From a virus (Duplodnaviria; Caudoviricetes): 64,000 bases of DNA. Of this stretch, positions 9,804 to 17,702 are shown piece after piece (the stretch's first letter is position 1; each line of letters starts with the position of its first letter). The stretch lies in IMG/VR virus record IMGVR_UViG_3300030330_005655, positions 31,490-95,489 of that record; one strand, 5' to 3'. The notes beneath the pieces were generated by a model, which saw nothing but the letters and a program-made list of their open reading frames with translations, was not told the DNA's origin and did no database searches. The position numbers were made by a program, and so were the translations under genes.

Positions 9804-9818
9804 ACTTTAAGGCAAGTA

Positions 9819-10478
9819 ATGAAAGCAATAATACCAGCAAAAGATAACTCTGCAAGAATCGCCCACAAAAACTTTAAAAATTTTTATAATGGTCAGTCTT
9901 TAGTTGACTTAACAATACAAAAACTTCTTGAAGTAATGGACGCGCAAGATATTTATCTAAGCTGCGAAAATAAACAAAAAGAAAAAATTTGCTCAAGGTG
10001 GGGTGTAAACTTTTTACATAGGGATAATCACCTAACTAAAAACAGCGTATCAAGCAAGAATCTATTGAATGGGATAGTAGATCAAGTTCCGGGGGATGAC
10101 GACATCGCTTGGTGCTGTGTGATTGAACCGTTTTTTAATAGCTATGGCGAATGTATAAAAAAATGGAATGATGTAAACAGCGAACATGATTCTTTATCGG
10201 TGGTATATCCTAAGAAAAGATTTATTTTAGACTCTAACTATAGCCCTCAAGGTTTTGGCTTTGGGCCTTGGCACAAGGTTTCCCAGTTACTGCCCGTGTG
10301 TTATGAATTGTCTTTTTCGCTAGCCATCTTAAAAAGATCGTGCATAAGAGATATAGGCTACTATTTAGGAGCAAATCCTTATTGGTATCATGCAAAGGGA
10401 ATTCATATAGATATAGATACTAATGAAGATTTTGAACTTGCTCAATGTGTATATAGACACTATAGTAAAACTAATTGA
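9819..10478 (+). CDS. Acylneuraminate/CMP-nonulosonate cytidylyltransferase (NeuA-like)
   Basis: MKAIIPAKDNSARIAHKN (P-A-x-x-x-S-x-R-x-x-x-K-N) and C-terminal IDIDTNEDFELA; start trimmed to MKAII. Confidence 0.8.
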   Translation: MKAIIPAKDNSARIAHKNFKNFYNGQSLVDLTIQKLLEVMDAQDIYLSCENKQKEKICSRWGVNFLHRDNHLTKNSVSSKNLLNGIVDQVPGDDDIAWCCVIEPFFNSYGECIKKWNDVNSEHDSLSVVYPKKRFILDSNYSPQGFGFGPWHKVSQLLPVCYELSFSLAILKRSCIRDIGYYLGANPYWYHAKGIHIDIDTNEDFELAQCVYRHYSKTN

Positions 10479-11166
10479 AATTAATATCTTTGGCAATCAG
10501 TGTTTTCTGTATTTGTTTTTTAATTTCTTTTATTACATTTTTTGAATCCTCGCTAGTAGGATGCCCCGCAGCATTATTGGGATGAGCAACGGTAACAGTC
10601 TGATTATTAGAATTGAATGGATTATATTTTTCAAACAGGTGATGGTAAAAGTATCCTTCTGAACTATTTGCAACTCCGTAAAAATCTACTCGTCTGACAT
10701 TACTAGCGCAACAAGATATAAAGCCAGAAGCTGTGTGTGAACTGGTGCAGTGATGACCTTTTATTAAAGTTGTGAAGTTAGGATCTTCACACGATTCGTG
10801 GCTGTTTAAATTGTGAACAATCGCATAAGTTTTTTTACAGTTAGCGGAAAATAACTCTAATGCTTGTTTATAAGTGTGTCCAGATCTACTGGTAAGTCGC
10901 GGAACGACTACATACTTTAAATCTTTTAATTTTTCTGAAACCATGTTATTAGAAATATCTTGAGCAATATCGAAATCATTTAATACTAATGCGTCTATAT
11001 GATCACTATAAAATATGGCTTGATTAATTGCCACGTTCAATGTGGTTTCATTATTACTTTCGATAGGCTTGAATGTTGGCCCCTTGCCTAGTATTATAGC
11101 GCTATCGTACCTTTCCATTTTTTTGATGATAGTGGGAATATTTCTTTTTGTTATAATTTTAATCAT
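10471..11166 (-). CDS. Maf/DUF115/GT42-like transferase
   Basis: AIILGKGPT..VAINQA..D; TSSHTA..VDFYGV; start placed at MIKII with GGGA SD. Confidence 0.55.
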   Translation of the reverse strand: MIKIITKRNIPTIIKKMERYDSAIILGKGPTFKPIESNNETTLNVAINQAIFYSDHIDALVLNDFDIAQDISNNMVSEKLKDLKYVVVPRLTSRSGHTYKQALELFSANCKKTYAIVHNLNSHESCEDPNFTTLIKGHHCTSSHTASGFISCCASNVRRVDFYGVANSSEGYFYHHLFEKYNPFNSNNQTVTVAHPNNAAGHPTSEDSKNVIKEIKKQIQKTLIAKDINFN

Positions 11167-11313
11167 TAAATTCCCTAGCAATTTTTGCAATTTCTATAAC
11201 TTTAGCCCAGTCTGTCGGCAATCTGTTTACAATTTTTTAAGAATTTTAGATGACCATAATGAAAAAGGTCAAAAGTACCGCCAGTGTAAAGTACTCTATC
11301 CCTGCACATACAC

Positions 11314-11994
11314 TTATGAAAACCTTCCGGCAAGACTTAAATAATTAGAAAACAACTCGTCATCAGTCAATGCCCTATTGTAAATTTTTACGTTTGCTAT
11401 ATTGCCTTCAAAGTAATTAGTATTAGAAGCGCCAATTAAAACAGGCGTGGATGAAGCACCAAACATCAAACCGGTTTGAGAGGCTTCACTTTCCAGCACG
11501 CCATTTATATGACAAGAAATATTTGCTCCATTGTATCGGCCACAGACATTGTACCAAGTGTCAGTTTCTAGAGATGTAGAACTGGTTCCAGAGCTATCAA
11601 AACCCACGCCGTTTGTAGAAATATAAAACTCTAGCTTGCCAGTCGTTAAAGAATGCGTCAATAGAAAATGCCTTGTTCCAGTTCCAGCCCACTGAGAGAC
11701 AATATCCCCTCGATCAGTGTTTGGTATCTTAATCCATGCAGAAACGGTTATAGCACTAGATATCCCAGAAAGAGATGCATCAGAACCACAATCAATATAG
11801 TCATCAGTTCCATCAAAAGAAAAACTTCCTTTGTTGTCCGTGCTGAAAACAGGACCGTTTGTTGCGGTCCCATCATTATCGCCTATCATGTCAGACCAAG
11901 TGCTGCCAGAACCAACATAACTTAGTTTATTTCCAGCGTCAAAATAGGATGCTAAACCAGAATCAGCAACACTTGGTGAAAAAAATACACTCAT
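11314..11994 (-). CDS. LamG/ConA-like jelly-roll virion protein
   Basis: YFDAGNKLSYVGSGSTWSD, FSFDGTDDYI, ITVSAWIK, GNIANVKIYNRALT. Confidence 0.85.
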   Translation of the reverse strand: MSVFFSPSVADSGLASYFDAGNKLSYVGSGSTWSDMIGDNDGTATNGPVFSTDNKGSFSFDGTDDYIDCGSDASLSGISSAITVSAWIKIPNTDRGDIVSQWAGTGTRHFLLTHSLTTGKLEFYISTNGVGFDSSGTSSTSLETDTWYNVCGRYNGANISCHINGVLESEASQTGLMFGASSTPVLIGASNTNYFEGNIANVKIYNRALTDDELFSNYLSLAGRFS

Positions 11995-11998
11995 ACGA

Positions 11999-12964
11999 TT
12001 ACAGATATTCTAGAGAAACGTATAATCCATACTGTTCTTTTGCACCCAATGAAATTGGGCTAGCAGACAAAGCAACGGCCCATGTGTGGTGCGTATAAAC
12101 TCCGGTTCCGCCGTAGTTCTTTGCTCTGTTGGCGGCAGTAGCACCGTCACCAAATTGATGAGCAGTAGAGCCAGCCCACAATTGTTGTCTACCAGTAGTG
12201 TTGATATATTGCGTCCATTTGGGCCAAACCATTCCGGTTCCACTAATCACCTGATTAGCTTGAAGCCCCTGCTGACCACTGCCCGGAGAATCAAGAAGTG
12301 GAACCACAATACCGCTTCCTCCAACCGTCTCGTCAGAACTTCCAGCGCTAAGTCTAGAATCGCCATTCACAGAGGTCTCGTTGTCTCTACCGTTGTAGAA
12401 TTCCACGCCCAAGCTATTTGTGTAGTAACTATTAGTGCCAACAAGCTCTTGAGGCCAAGGCTCACCCCACCAAAAAGCATCGCCGCTACCAACTGCGCCA
12501 TTACCAGTTCCAGCACTACCTTGAGAATTGTATGTTGAACCTTGAAAGTTGACTATTTCAGCAACCTTAGTATAAACACCACTAGCAGGATTATTTATAA
12601 AGCTTCGGTCAAAGACTCTCAACTGACAATTTTGAACACTGACTGCGGTGGTGTGTCCAAATCTAATACCCAAAGTGGATTCAAAACTAGGAACACCACT
12701 CAGCCCAGTGCTGTAGGCTGGTCCGGTAGCGTCAACAGTACACCTTCCGCTAGGATGTGCGCCAGTGGTAAACTTAATATTCGTCAACGCTGTTCCAACA
12801 GTAGAGCCATCAGAAGAAGCTACATTGCTTCTGTCTTGGTATTGACCTATTGCTACTGAAGAGCCAGCGGTAGATCCAAAAAAACCAACGCCAGAGCCAG
12901 AAAGGGTTTCTTCTGCCGGAACTGCTGTATTGTTACCTAAAACTTGAAAGTCTATAATAGCCAT
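11999..12964 (-). CDS. Putative virion structural protein
   Basis: G/S/T-rich beta protein; AGGAG SD and late motif directly upstream. Confidence 0.55.
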   Translation of the reverse strand: MAIIDFQVLGNNTAVPAEETLSGSGVGFFGSTAGSSVAIGQYQDRSNVASSDGSTVGTALTNIKFTTGAHPSGRCTVDATGPAYSTGLSGVPSFESTLGIRFGHTTAVSVQNCQLRVFDRSFINNPASGVYTKVAEIVNFQGSTYNSQGSAGTGNGAVGSGDAFWWGEPWPQELVGTNSYYTNSLGVEFYNGRDNETSVNGDSRLSAGSSDETVGGSGIVVPLLDSPGSGQQGLQANQVISGTGMVWPKWTQYINTTGRQQLWAGSTAHQFGDGATAANRAKNYGGTGVYTHHTWAVALSASPISLGAKEQYGLYVSLEYL

Positions 12965-12981
12965 TATTTTCTCCTTTGTGT

Positions 12982-12991
12982 ATTATACACA
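12982..12991 (-). promoter_or_regulatory. Late-promoter motif TGTGTATAAT, inside the palindrome TTTGTGTATTATACACAAA (12975-12993)
   Basis: One of nine intergenic copies. Confidence 0.65.
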
Positions 12992-13015
12992 AATTTGTGT
13001 ACAGTCATAGTATTA

Positions 13016-13582
13016 TTACACAAAATAAGCTTGTTTTCTAATATTTTTTGATTGGTCGTTTTTACTCCACAAAAACACACAAAGAGTGCATCTTGGATCT
13101 GGACCAACAACATCTTTTACTTCGTGAAAGCTTTCATCTGTGCATCTAAATGTAATTAATTGATTAAATTTAGGCAATATTTCCGTATCGCCCAAAACAA
13201 AAGCGCCGCCATAATCATCCTGCCAGTGTTTGTTTACAGACAAAACACAGCTATATTCTCTTTTCCATCCGGTTGACTCCATCAAAGACGAATCTAGATG
13301 CCTTCTAAGATAGCCGCCAGACGGAATCATGTGCAATCCAGCGCCATAAAACTCCATGTCAGGAAAAACATTACAATCTACATACGGAGTTATGCGCTTT
13401 ATCATCTCTATGGTGCATAGTTTTGCTATTTCTGGTAGATCGTTATGGCTTTTGCTAGCGTATTTTTCAGCGTTTTTGCCAGAATAATGATGCCAGAATC
13501 TAGAACTTGCATCGGGCCAAGACGCGCAAAGCGAATTCAGCAAAAGTGGGTTGATTGCATCTTCAATTATCTTGAATTCCAT
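13016..13582 (-). CDS. 2OG-Fe(II) oxygenase (prolyl-hydroxylase-like)
   Basis: GLH..GGYLRRHLD (HxD), W..DYGG, SFHEV, R-C-T. Confidence 0.85.
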   Translation of the reverse strand: MEFKIIEDAINPLLLNSLCASWPDASSRFWHHYSGKNAEKYASKSHNDLPEIAKLCTIEMIKRITPYVDCNVFPDMEFYGAGLHMIPSGGYLRRHLDSSLMESTGWKREYSCVLSVNKHWQDDYGGAFVLGDTEILPKFNQLITFRCTDESFHEVKDVVGPDPRCTLCVFLWSKNDQSKNIRKQAYFV

Positions 13583-15505
13583 TTATATTTGCCCCACAGA
13601 AAAAAGCCCAAAAGGATCTATTTCTTGCCAAGCCTCTTGCTCATACAAAGAAGATTCCAAATCGCACCCAAACAAACACGCCGCCTCTTGGTCTATAAAG
13701 CGATCTCCACAATAATATTGAGTTGCGTATTTGTTGCTTCTTAAATCCTTCCATAATTTATTTAAAAACAGATAAGCGGATCTAGCCCACCAAAAAGATC
13801 CTTGGTAATGCCAACGATTATGATTATGTTTTTGAGAATTTCTTGACTTAAAGCACCCTACGGCCTTGAACCCGTCTTCAAATTTTTCTTTTATAACTTC
13901 CCAGTTTTCAAAAGTATAATAGTATAGTGCCTCGTTCCATCTTTTTACCCATTCAGACTCTGCCGTTTTTGTCATTTGGCCTTTCGCATGAGCAAAGCAA
14001 ATAACCTCATCTCTGTTGTTAGACTCTAGATATTTTAAAGAATCTACAAATCCAACGCCCTCTCTTTTTCTTTGGTCGTTGTCTCTTATGTAAACTACAT
14101 CAAACAAATTATTAGCTCTGTCTACTACGGCATCAATATTTACACCGTTTGGCTTTGCGATGCAGCAAATCTTTTTACCATTAAAGTCATCAGAATATTG
14201 TTCAATTTTTGAAAGATGATAATCTGTGGACTCTTTATGTTTTGGACAAATGAAATAATGTAGATTTTTTATTGGGTCTTTTTTGAATGGAAAGCTTTCT
14301 TTATAAAATGGAATATCTACTTTATACTTTGAATTGTTGGTTTTTCTCCAGTCTTCTAAATGCTGTGTTATGGGTGTATCTTTCACCTTTGCATTCTTAA
14401 AATCATACATACTTCCATCAAACGAATCAGCAAACAAACAATACCCCTCCTTTTCCTTCCAGTGTCTGCCAGCCCAAGACTCAGTGGCCCACCAATGGTG
14501 CTTCATATTCCTCCAATTTTGTTTTTCATGTATGCTCATAGACCTAGCCCAAAAGAAAGAGCCAGAATAATGCCAACCCATGATATGTCCTGAGTTTCTT
14601 TTAAAAGATCCCGCTAGGTGGTATCCAGATTCCATAGCGTGTTTTACGCCCTCCCAATTTCTAACACAGGTTTCGTACATCATTTCAACCCAAGTTAAAA
14701 CAGTTTCAGACTGATGGGTGTGAGGCTGCTGACCCTTGCCGTGAGCAAAGCATATGACTCTATTGGGATCATCAAGCTTCATTTTTTCCAAAGTAGAAAC
14801 AAAACCAGCGGCCTCTCTTTTTCCAGAGTCATTTTTTATATAGTAAACCTCAGTAAATATTTCTTCTAGATCGTCTTTGTATGTTTTTTCTAGTGTGGTG
14901 TCATCGGTAGCAACGCAACAGATTCTATCTCCGTTAAACAAATCTATAGAAGCTTTTAACTGATCAATATGATATTTAGTAGAAGAGGCAAACTTAGGCC
15001 AAAGAAAAAAATGTAAATCTCTTTTAACTTCTGCGGTAAAAGGAAAAGGCTCTCGACTTTTCGCAAAAAACTTGCTTTCGTACATACTAACATCATAAGG
15101 GTCAATAAACGAGCTTTTTGCTCTAGCTTTAACCCGTTCTAAACACGTATCACATATGGTTTTGTTGCCAAAAAATATTACAGCCTCACACCACTCGCAG
15201 ACAGGCTTGCCGTGATTATACATTGTCTCATTTGGATTAACCCCTAGCTCTCGATCCCACTCTTGTATCGGGCAAGCCTCATAAAGATCTTTTGCTAAAT
15301 TTTCTACTTTAGATTCTTCTTGTGTTTTTTTTTCAACGTTTAATTTATACCAACACATCCCATCCTTGTTCAAGTCACAATCTTGACAAGAGTTCATTCT
15401 TCTGCCAAAAGCATTTTCCGTAGAAAAAACTTGAGCCTTTGGAATTATCACAGGCTTTGGCGGGTCTGATGGAGGATTTTTATTTTTACCGCAACCGCAT
15501 CCCAT
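13583..15505 (-). CDS. Cys-rich N-terminal domain plus two tandem RgpF-like glycosyltransferase domains
   Basis: Internal duplication LH.F..PK..ICC.A..RE..GFV..VICFAH.KG..WHY.GSF.WARS; N-terminus MGCGCGK with CxxC pairs. Confidence 0.5.
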   Translation of the reverse strand: MGCGCGKNKNPPSDPPKPVIIPKAQVFSTENAFGRRMNSCQDCDLNKDGMCWYKLNVEKKTQEESKVENLAKDLYEACPIQEWDRELGVNPNETMYNHGKPVCEWCEAVIFFGNKTICDTCLERVKARAKSSFIDPYDVSMYESKFFAKSREPFPFTAEVKRDLHFFLWPKFASSTKYHIDQLKASIDLFNGDRICCVATDDTTLEKTYKDDLEEIFTEVYYIKNDSGKREAAGFVSTLEKMKLDDPNRVICFAHGKGQQPHTHQSETVLTWVEMMYETCVRNWEGVKHAMESGYHLAGSFKRNSGHIMGWHYSGSFFWARSMSIHEKQNWRNMKHHWWATESWAGRHWKEKEGYCLFADSFDGSMYDFKNAKVKDTPITQHLEDWRKTNNSKYKVDIPFYKESFPFKKDPIKNLHYFICPKHKESTDYHLSKIEQYSDDFNGKKICCIAKPNGVNIDAVVDRANNLFDVVYIRDNDQRKREGVGFVDSLKYLESNNRDEVICFAHAKGQMTKTAESEWVKRWNEALYYYTFENWEVIKEKFEDGFKAVGCFKSRNSQKHNHNRWHYQGSFWWARSAYLFLNKLWKDLRSNKYATQYYCGDRFIDQEAACLFGCDLESSLYEQEAWQEIDPFGLFSVGQI

Positions 15506-16007
15506 CTTTTTTCCTTTGTATAGAAATTGCTTTGTGTAATAATCTCTTGGCTGCCATTTTTACAATAGTCTTTGGTGTTGCTGTAAAAGGAAGACCCAAG
15601 TGTTTAACTTTTGACGACAAATATTCAACAATCTCAGCCTCTCTTTTAAGGCATCCATCTGCGCCCCACTTGTTCATTTTAGCTTCATAGTCTTGACAGC
15701 CGCAGGTTTCTTTGGGAACTTTTTGCAAAACAGATTTGGGCAATGTTTTTTCTATAATTTTTGACAGAATAGTGCCAACCTGAGATAGCTTTTTAGGATC
15801 TTCTTTTGGTTTGAGTGCAGGCATTTTTTCGCCTGCGTCTTTTATTCTTTTTAGCTCTTTTATTTCAGCGACTATTTGTTCCTTATTTTCCTTTAGCCAC
15901 TCTCTTTGCTCTGGACTGCACTTGCTCCAAGGAGACACTTTTAGCATTCCATCTTTTTGTAGGTCTATGCTGAAACCCATTTCTACAATTTTTGATAAAT
16001 GTTCCAT
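15486..16007 (-). CDS. TubC_N-like N-terminal domain plus CGC..MN.WG..GC domain protein
   Basis: N-terminal GF.IDL..DG.LKVSPWS..PEQREWLKENKEQI; paralogous N-terminus in the neighbouring gene. Confidence 0.5.
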   Translation of the reverse strand: MEHLSKIVEMGFSIDLQKDGMLKVSPWSKCSPEQREWLKENKEQIVAEIKELKRIKDAGEKMPALKPKEDPKKLSQVGTILSKIIEKTLPKSVLQKVPKETCGCQDYEAKMNKWGADGCLKREAEIVEYLSSKVKHLGLPFTATPKTIVKMAAKRLLHKAISIQRKKDGMRLR

Positions 16008-16008
16008 T

Positions 16009-16872
16009 CTATATCCTTGCTACTTTACTAGGGGGCCAAAGTTTTTTGTGTTCCCAATTTTGATGATATGAATATTCATAATTATTGTATATTTTTGCAC
16101 CTTCTCTAAATATATAATTACATACTTCCTCCACAGAAGGCTCATATAATTCTATTCTTTTGTTCCAAACCTCGCCATCTTGTATTTTAAAATCAACAAT
16201 ATCTTTAATTTTTTGTTGGCCTGCTTGTCTTAGTTGCTCTAAAAAACCTTCATCTCTGTTTGCTTTTACACCAAGAACAGAAGCGTGTGGATCTTTTTTG
16301 AATGAATAACTAGGAATAAATACTTGCTGCTCTATCTTTTCAAATATTTCAGAAACATCACAGTTTATTACAACGCTTGGGTCAACCCAAAGAACCTTAT
16401 CATACTCTTCTAAGGCGTCTAGTATGCAGTCGATATTTGAGTTAAATTTACCAATAACTTCTTGTGCGCCCCAAAAGAACATTTCTTTAAATAAAGCACC
16501 ACCATTATTATAGACGACATATTCAACATCATTATTAAAAAAGCAAAACCAACACGAAAATCGAGTCCATGCGTCACGATTGCCGGTCGTGCTTGTAATA
16601 ACGGCACAATCAGAATCAATTCGCTTTGTTCTTTTGTCAGTATCTTTTTCAAAAATATCGGGCATCGACCCCCTTTTTTCGTTCGCAAATTTTTTCCGCT
16701 GACGTAGCTGATTGTATATTTGTGTTTTATTTTGTTCTATAAAATCCAAATGTTCAGGTTTAAGTTGGCTCCAAGGGCTTACTTTGAGTTTCTCTAGCCA
16801 ACTTTCACCATCTTTTTTGACGGACATTTTGACCGTGTATCCCCAATCTTCAACAGTTTCTAGTTCTATCAT
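16009..16872 (-). CDS. TubC_N-like N-terminal domain plus GT-A-like glycosyltransferase
   Basis: LKVSPWSQLKPEHLDFIEQNKTQI; YDKVLWVDPSVVI resembles a degenerate DxD region. Confidence 0.45.
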   Translation of the reverse strand: MIELETVEDWGYTVKMSVKKDGESWLEKLKVSPWSQLKPEHLDFIEQNKTQIYNQLRQRKKFANEKRGSMPDIFEKDTDKRTKRIDSDCAVITSTTGNRDAWTRFSCWFCFFNNDVEYVVYNNGGALFKEMFFWGAQEVIGKFNSNIDCILDALEEYDKVLWVDPSVVINCDVSEIFEKIEQQVFIPSYSFKKDPHASVLGVKANRDEGFLEQLRQAGQQKIKDIVDFKIQDGEVWNKRIELYEPSVEEVCNYIFREGAKIYNNYEYSYHQNWEHKKLWPPSKVARI

Positions 16873-17687
16873 ACGTAACCATCATCCCCCGCATAATCAT
16901 CGGGACAAGTTTTACAGCAGTCTCTTACGCTGCGATTTGGATCTATTATATAAAATCCGATATAATCCCATTGCTCTGTTCTGTCGGAAGCAGGCTCGCC
17001 TTCTAATGCGCCGTTACAACAGCCACAAGGATCAGTACAGATACCTCCAGCGCAACTTCCTACAATTCCAATAAATTTAGGAACCGGCTCTGTAAGCTCG
17101 TCTCCAGACTTACAATCACTTATTCTTACTTCCCAGTAACATCCACAAGCCTCTGATAAATCATTATCTGTTGGATCGCAATGTTGGTATTCGCTAGTGT
17201 TGTAGTTTGTTTCGAGCGTATCGCAAACCCCCGCAGTGTAAACGGGCGCTTTGCCTGTAGCCGTAAATTCAGCATCACAAATTCTACAAGATGCTGCATC
17301 TCCCGTTCCGTCTACACACGCGCCAACGTTAACAATAGTAACCGTGCCGGTTATCGTTGGATCACACTTGTTTAGGTCCATTTCATAGTATTGTAAGTAA
17401 ACTTGGTAGTAGCTACCAAAAGCGGCTACCAGAGGACCAAAAACTATTCTTCCAAGGTGTGGACTTCCGGGAATAGTAACTTCAAACTCAGAGTTACAGT
17501 TATCGTTCGGAGGAGTTGTGGGAAACAGACCACAAACATATTCATCGCCGTCGTATCCTTGACAACATTTACATTCTTTGGCATAGCCATAATCGTCATA
17601 ATAATCATCATCACAACAACAAGCTAAAGTGCCAGCCAGACCTCCATAAGCTTTTAATATTCCGCCAGCGTATCTTATCAACGGCAT
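16869..17687 (-). CDS. Cys-rich acidic protein (25 Cys in 272 aa), putative tail-tip component
   Basis: CCC, CKCC, CGCC and CCKTC clusters; directly downstream of the large tail protein. Confidence 0.55.
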   Translation of the reverse strand: MPLIRYAGGILKAYGGLAGTLACCCDDDYYDDYGYAKECKCCQGYDGDEYVCGLFPTTPPNDNCNSEFEVTIPGSPHLGRIVFGPLVAAFGSYYQVYLQYYEMDLNKCDPTITGTVTIVNVGACVDGTGDAASCRICDAEFTATGKAPVYTAGVCDTLETNYNTSEYQHCDPTDNDLSEACGCYWEVRISDCKSGDELTEPVPKFIGIVGSCAGGICTDPCGCCNGALEGEPASDRTEQWDYIGFYIIDPNRSVRDCCKTCPDDYAGDDGYV

Positions 17688-17702
17688 AAATAGTCCTTAG
17701 TG

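Noticed and set aside
9654-9818. N-terminal extension of the cytidylyltransferase ORF
   Set aside because: Overlaps the upstream gene and a terminator; the family motif begins at MKAIIP (9819).
10446-10455. Plus-strand TGTGTATA matches here and at ~24613
   Set aside because: Inside coding regions with no downstream plus-strand gene; likely chance.
1-11166. Left cluster as a host chromosomal O-antigen locus (prophage boundary)
   Set aside because: No wzx/wzy/ABC transporter or integrase/att site; interleaved with phage-type genes and shares a domain with a gene in the packaging operon.
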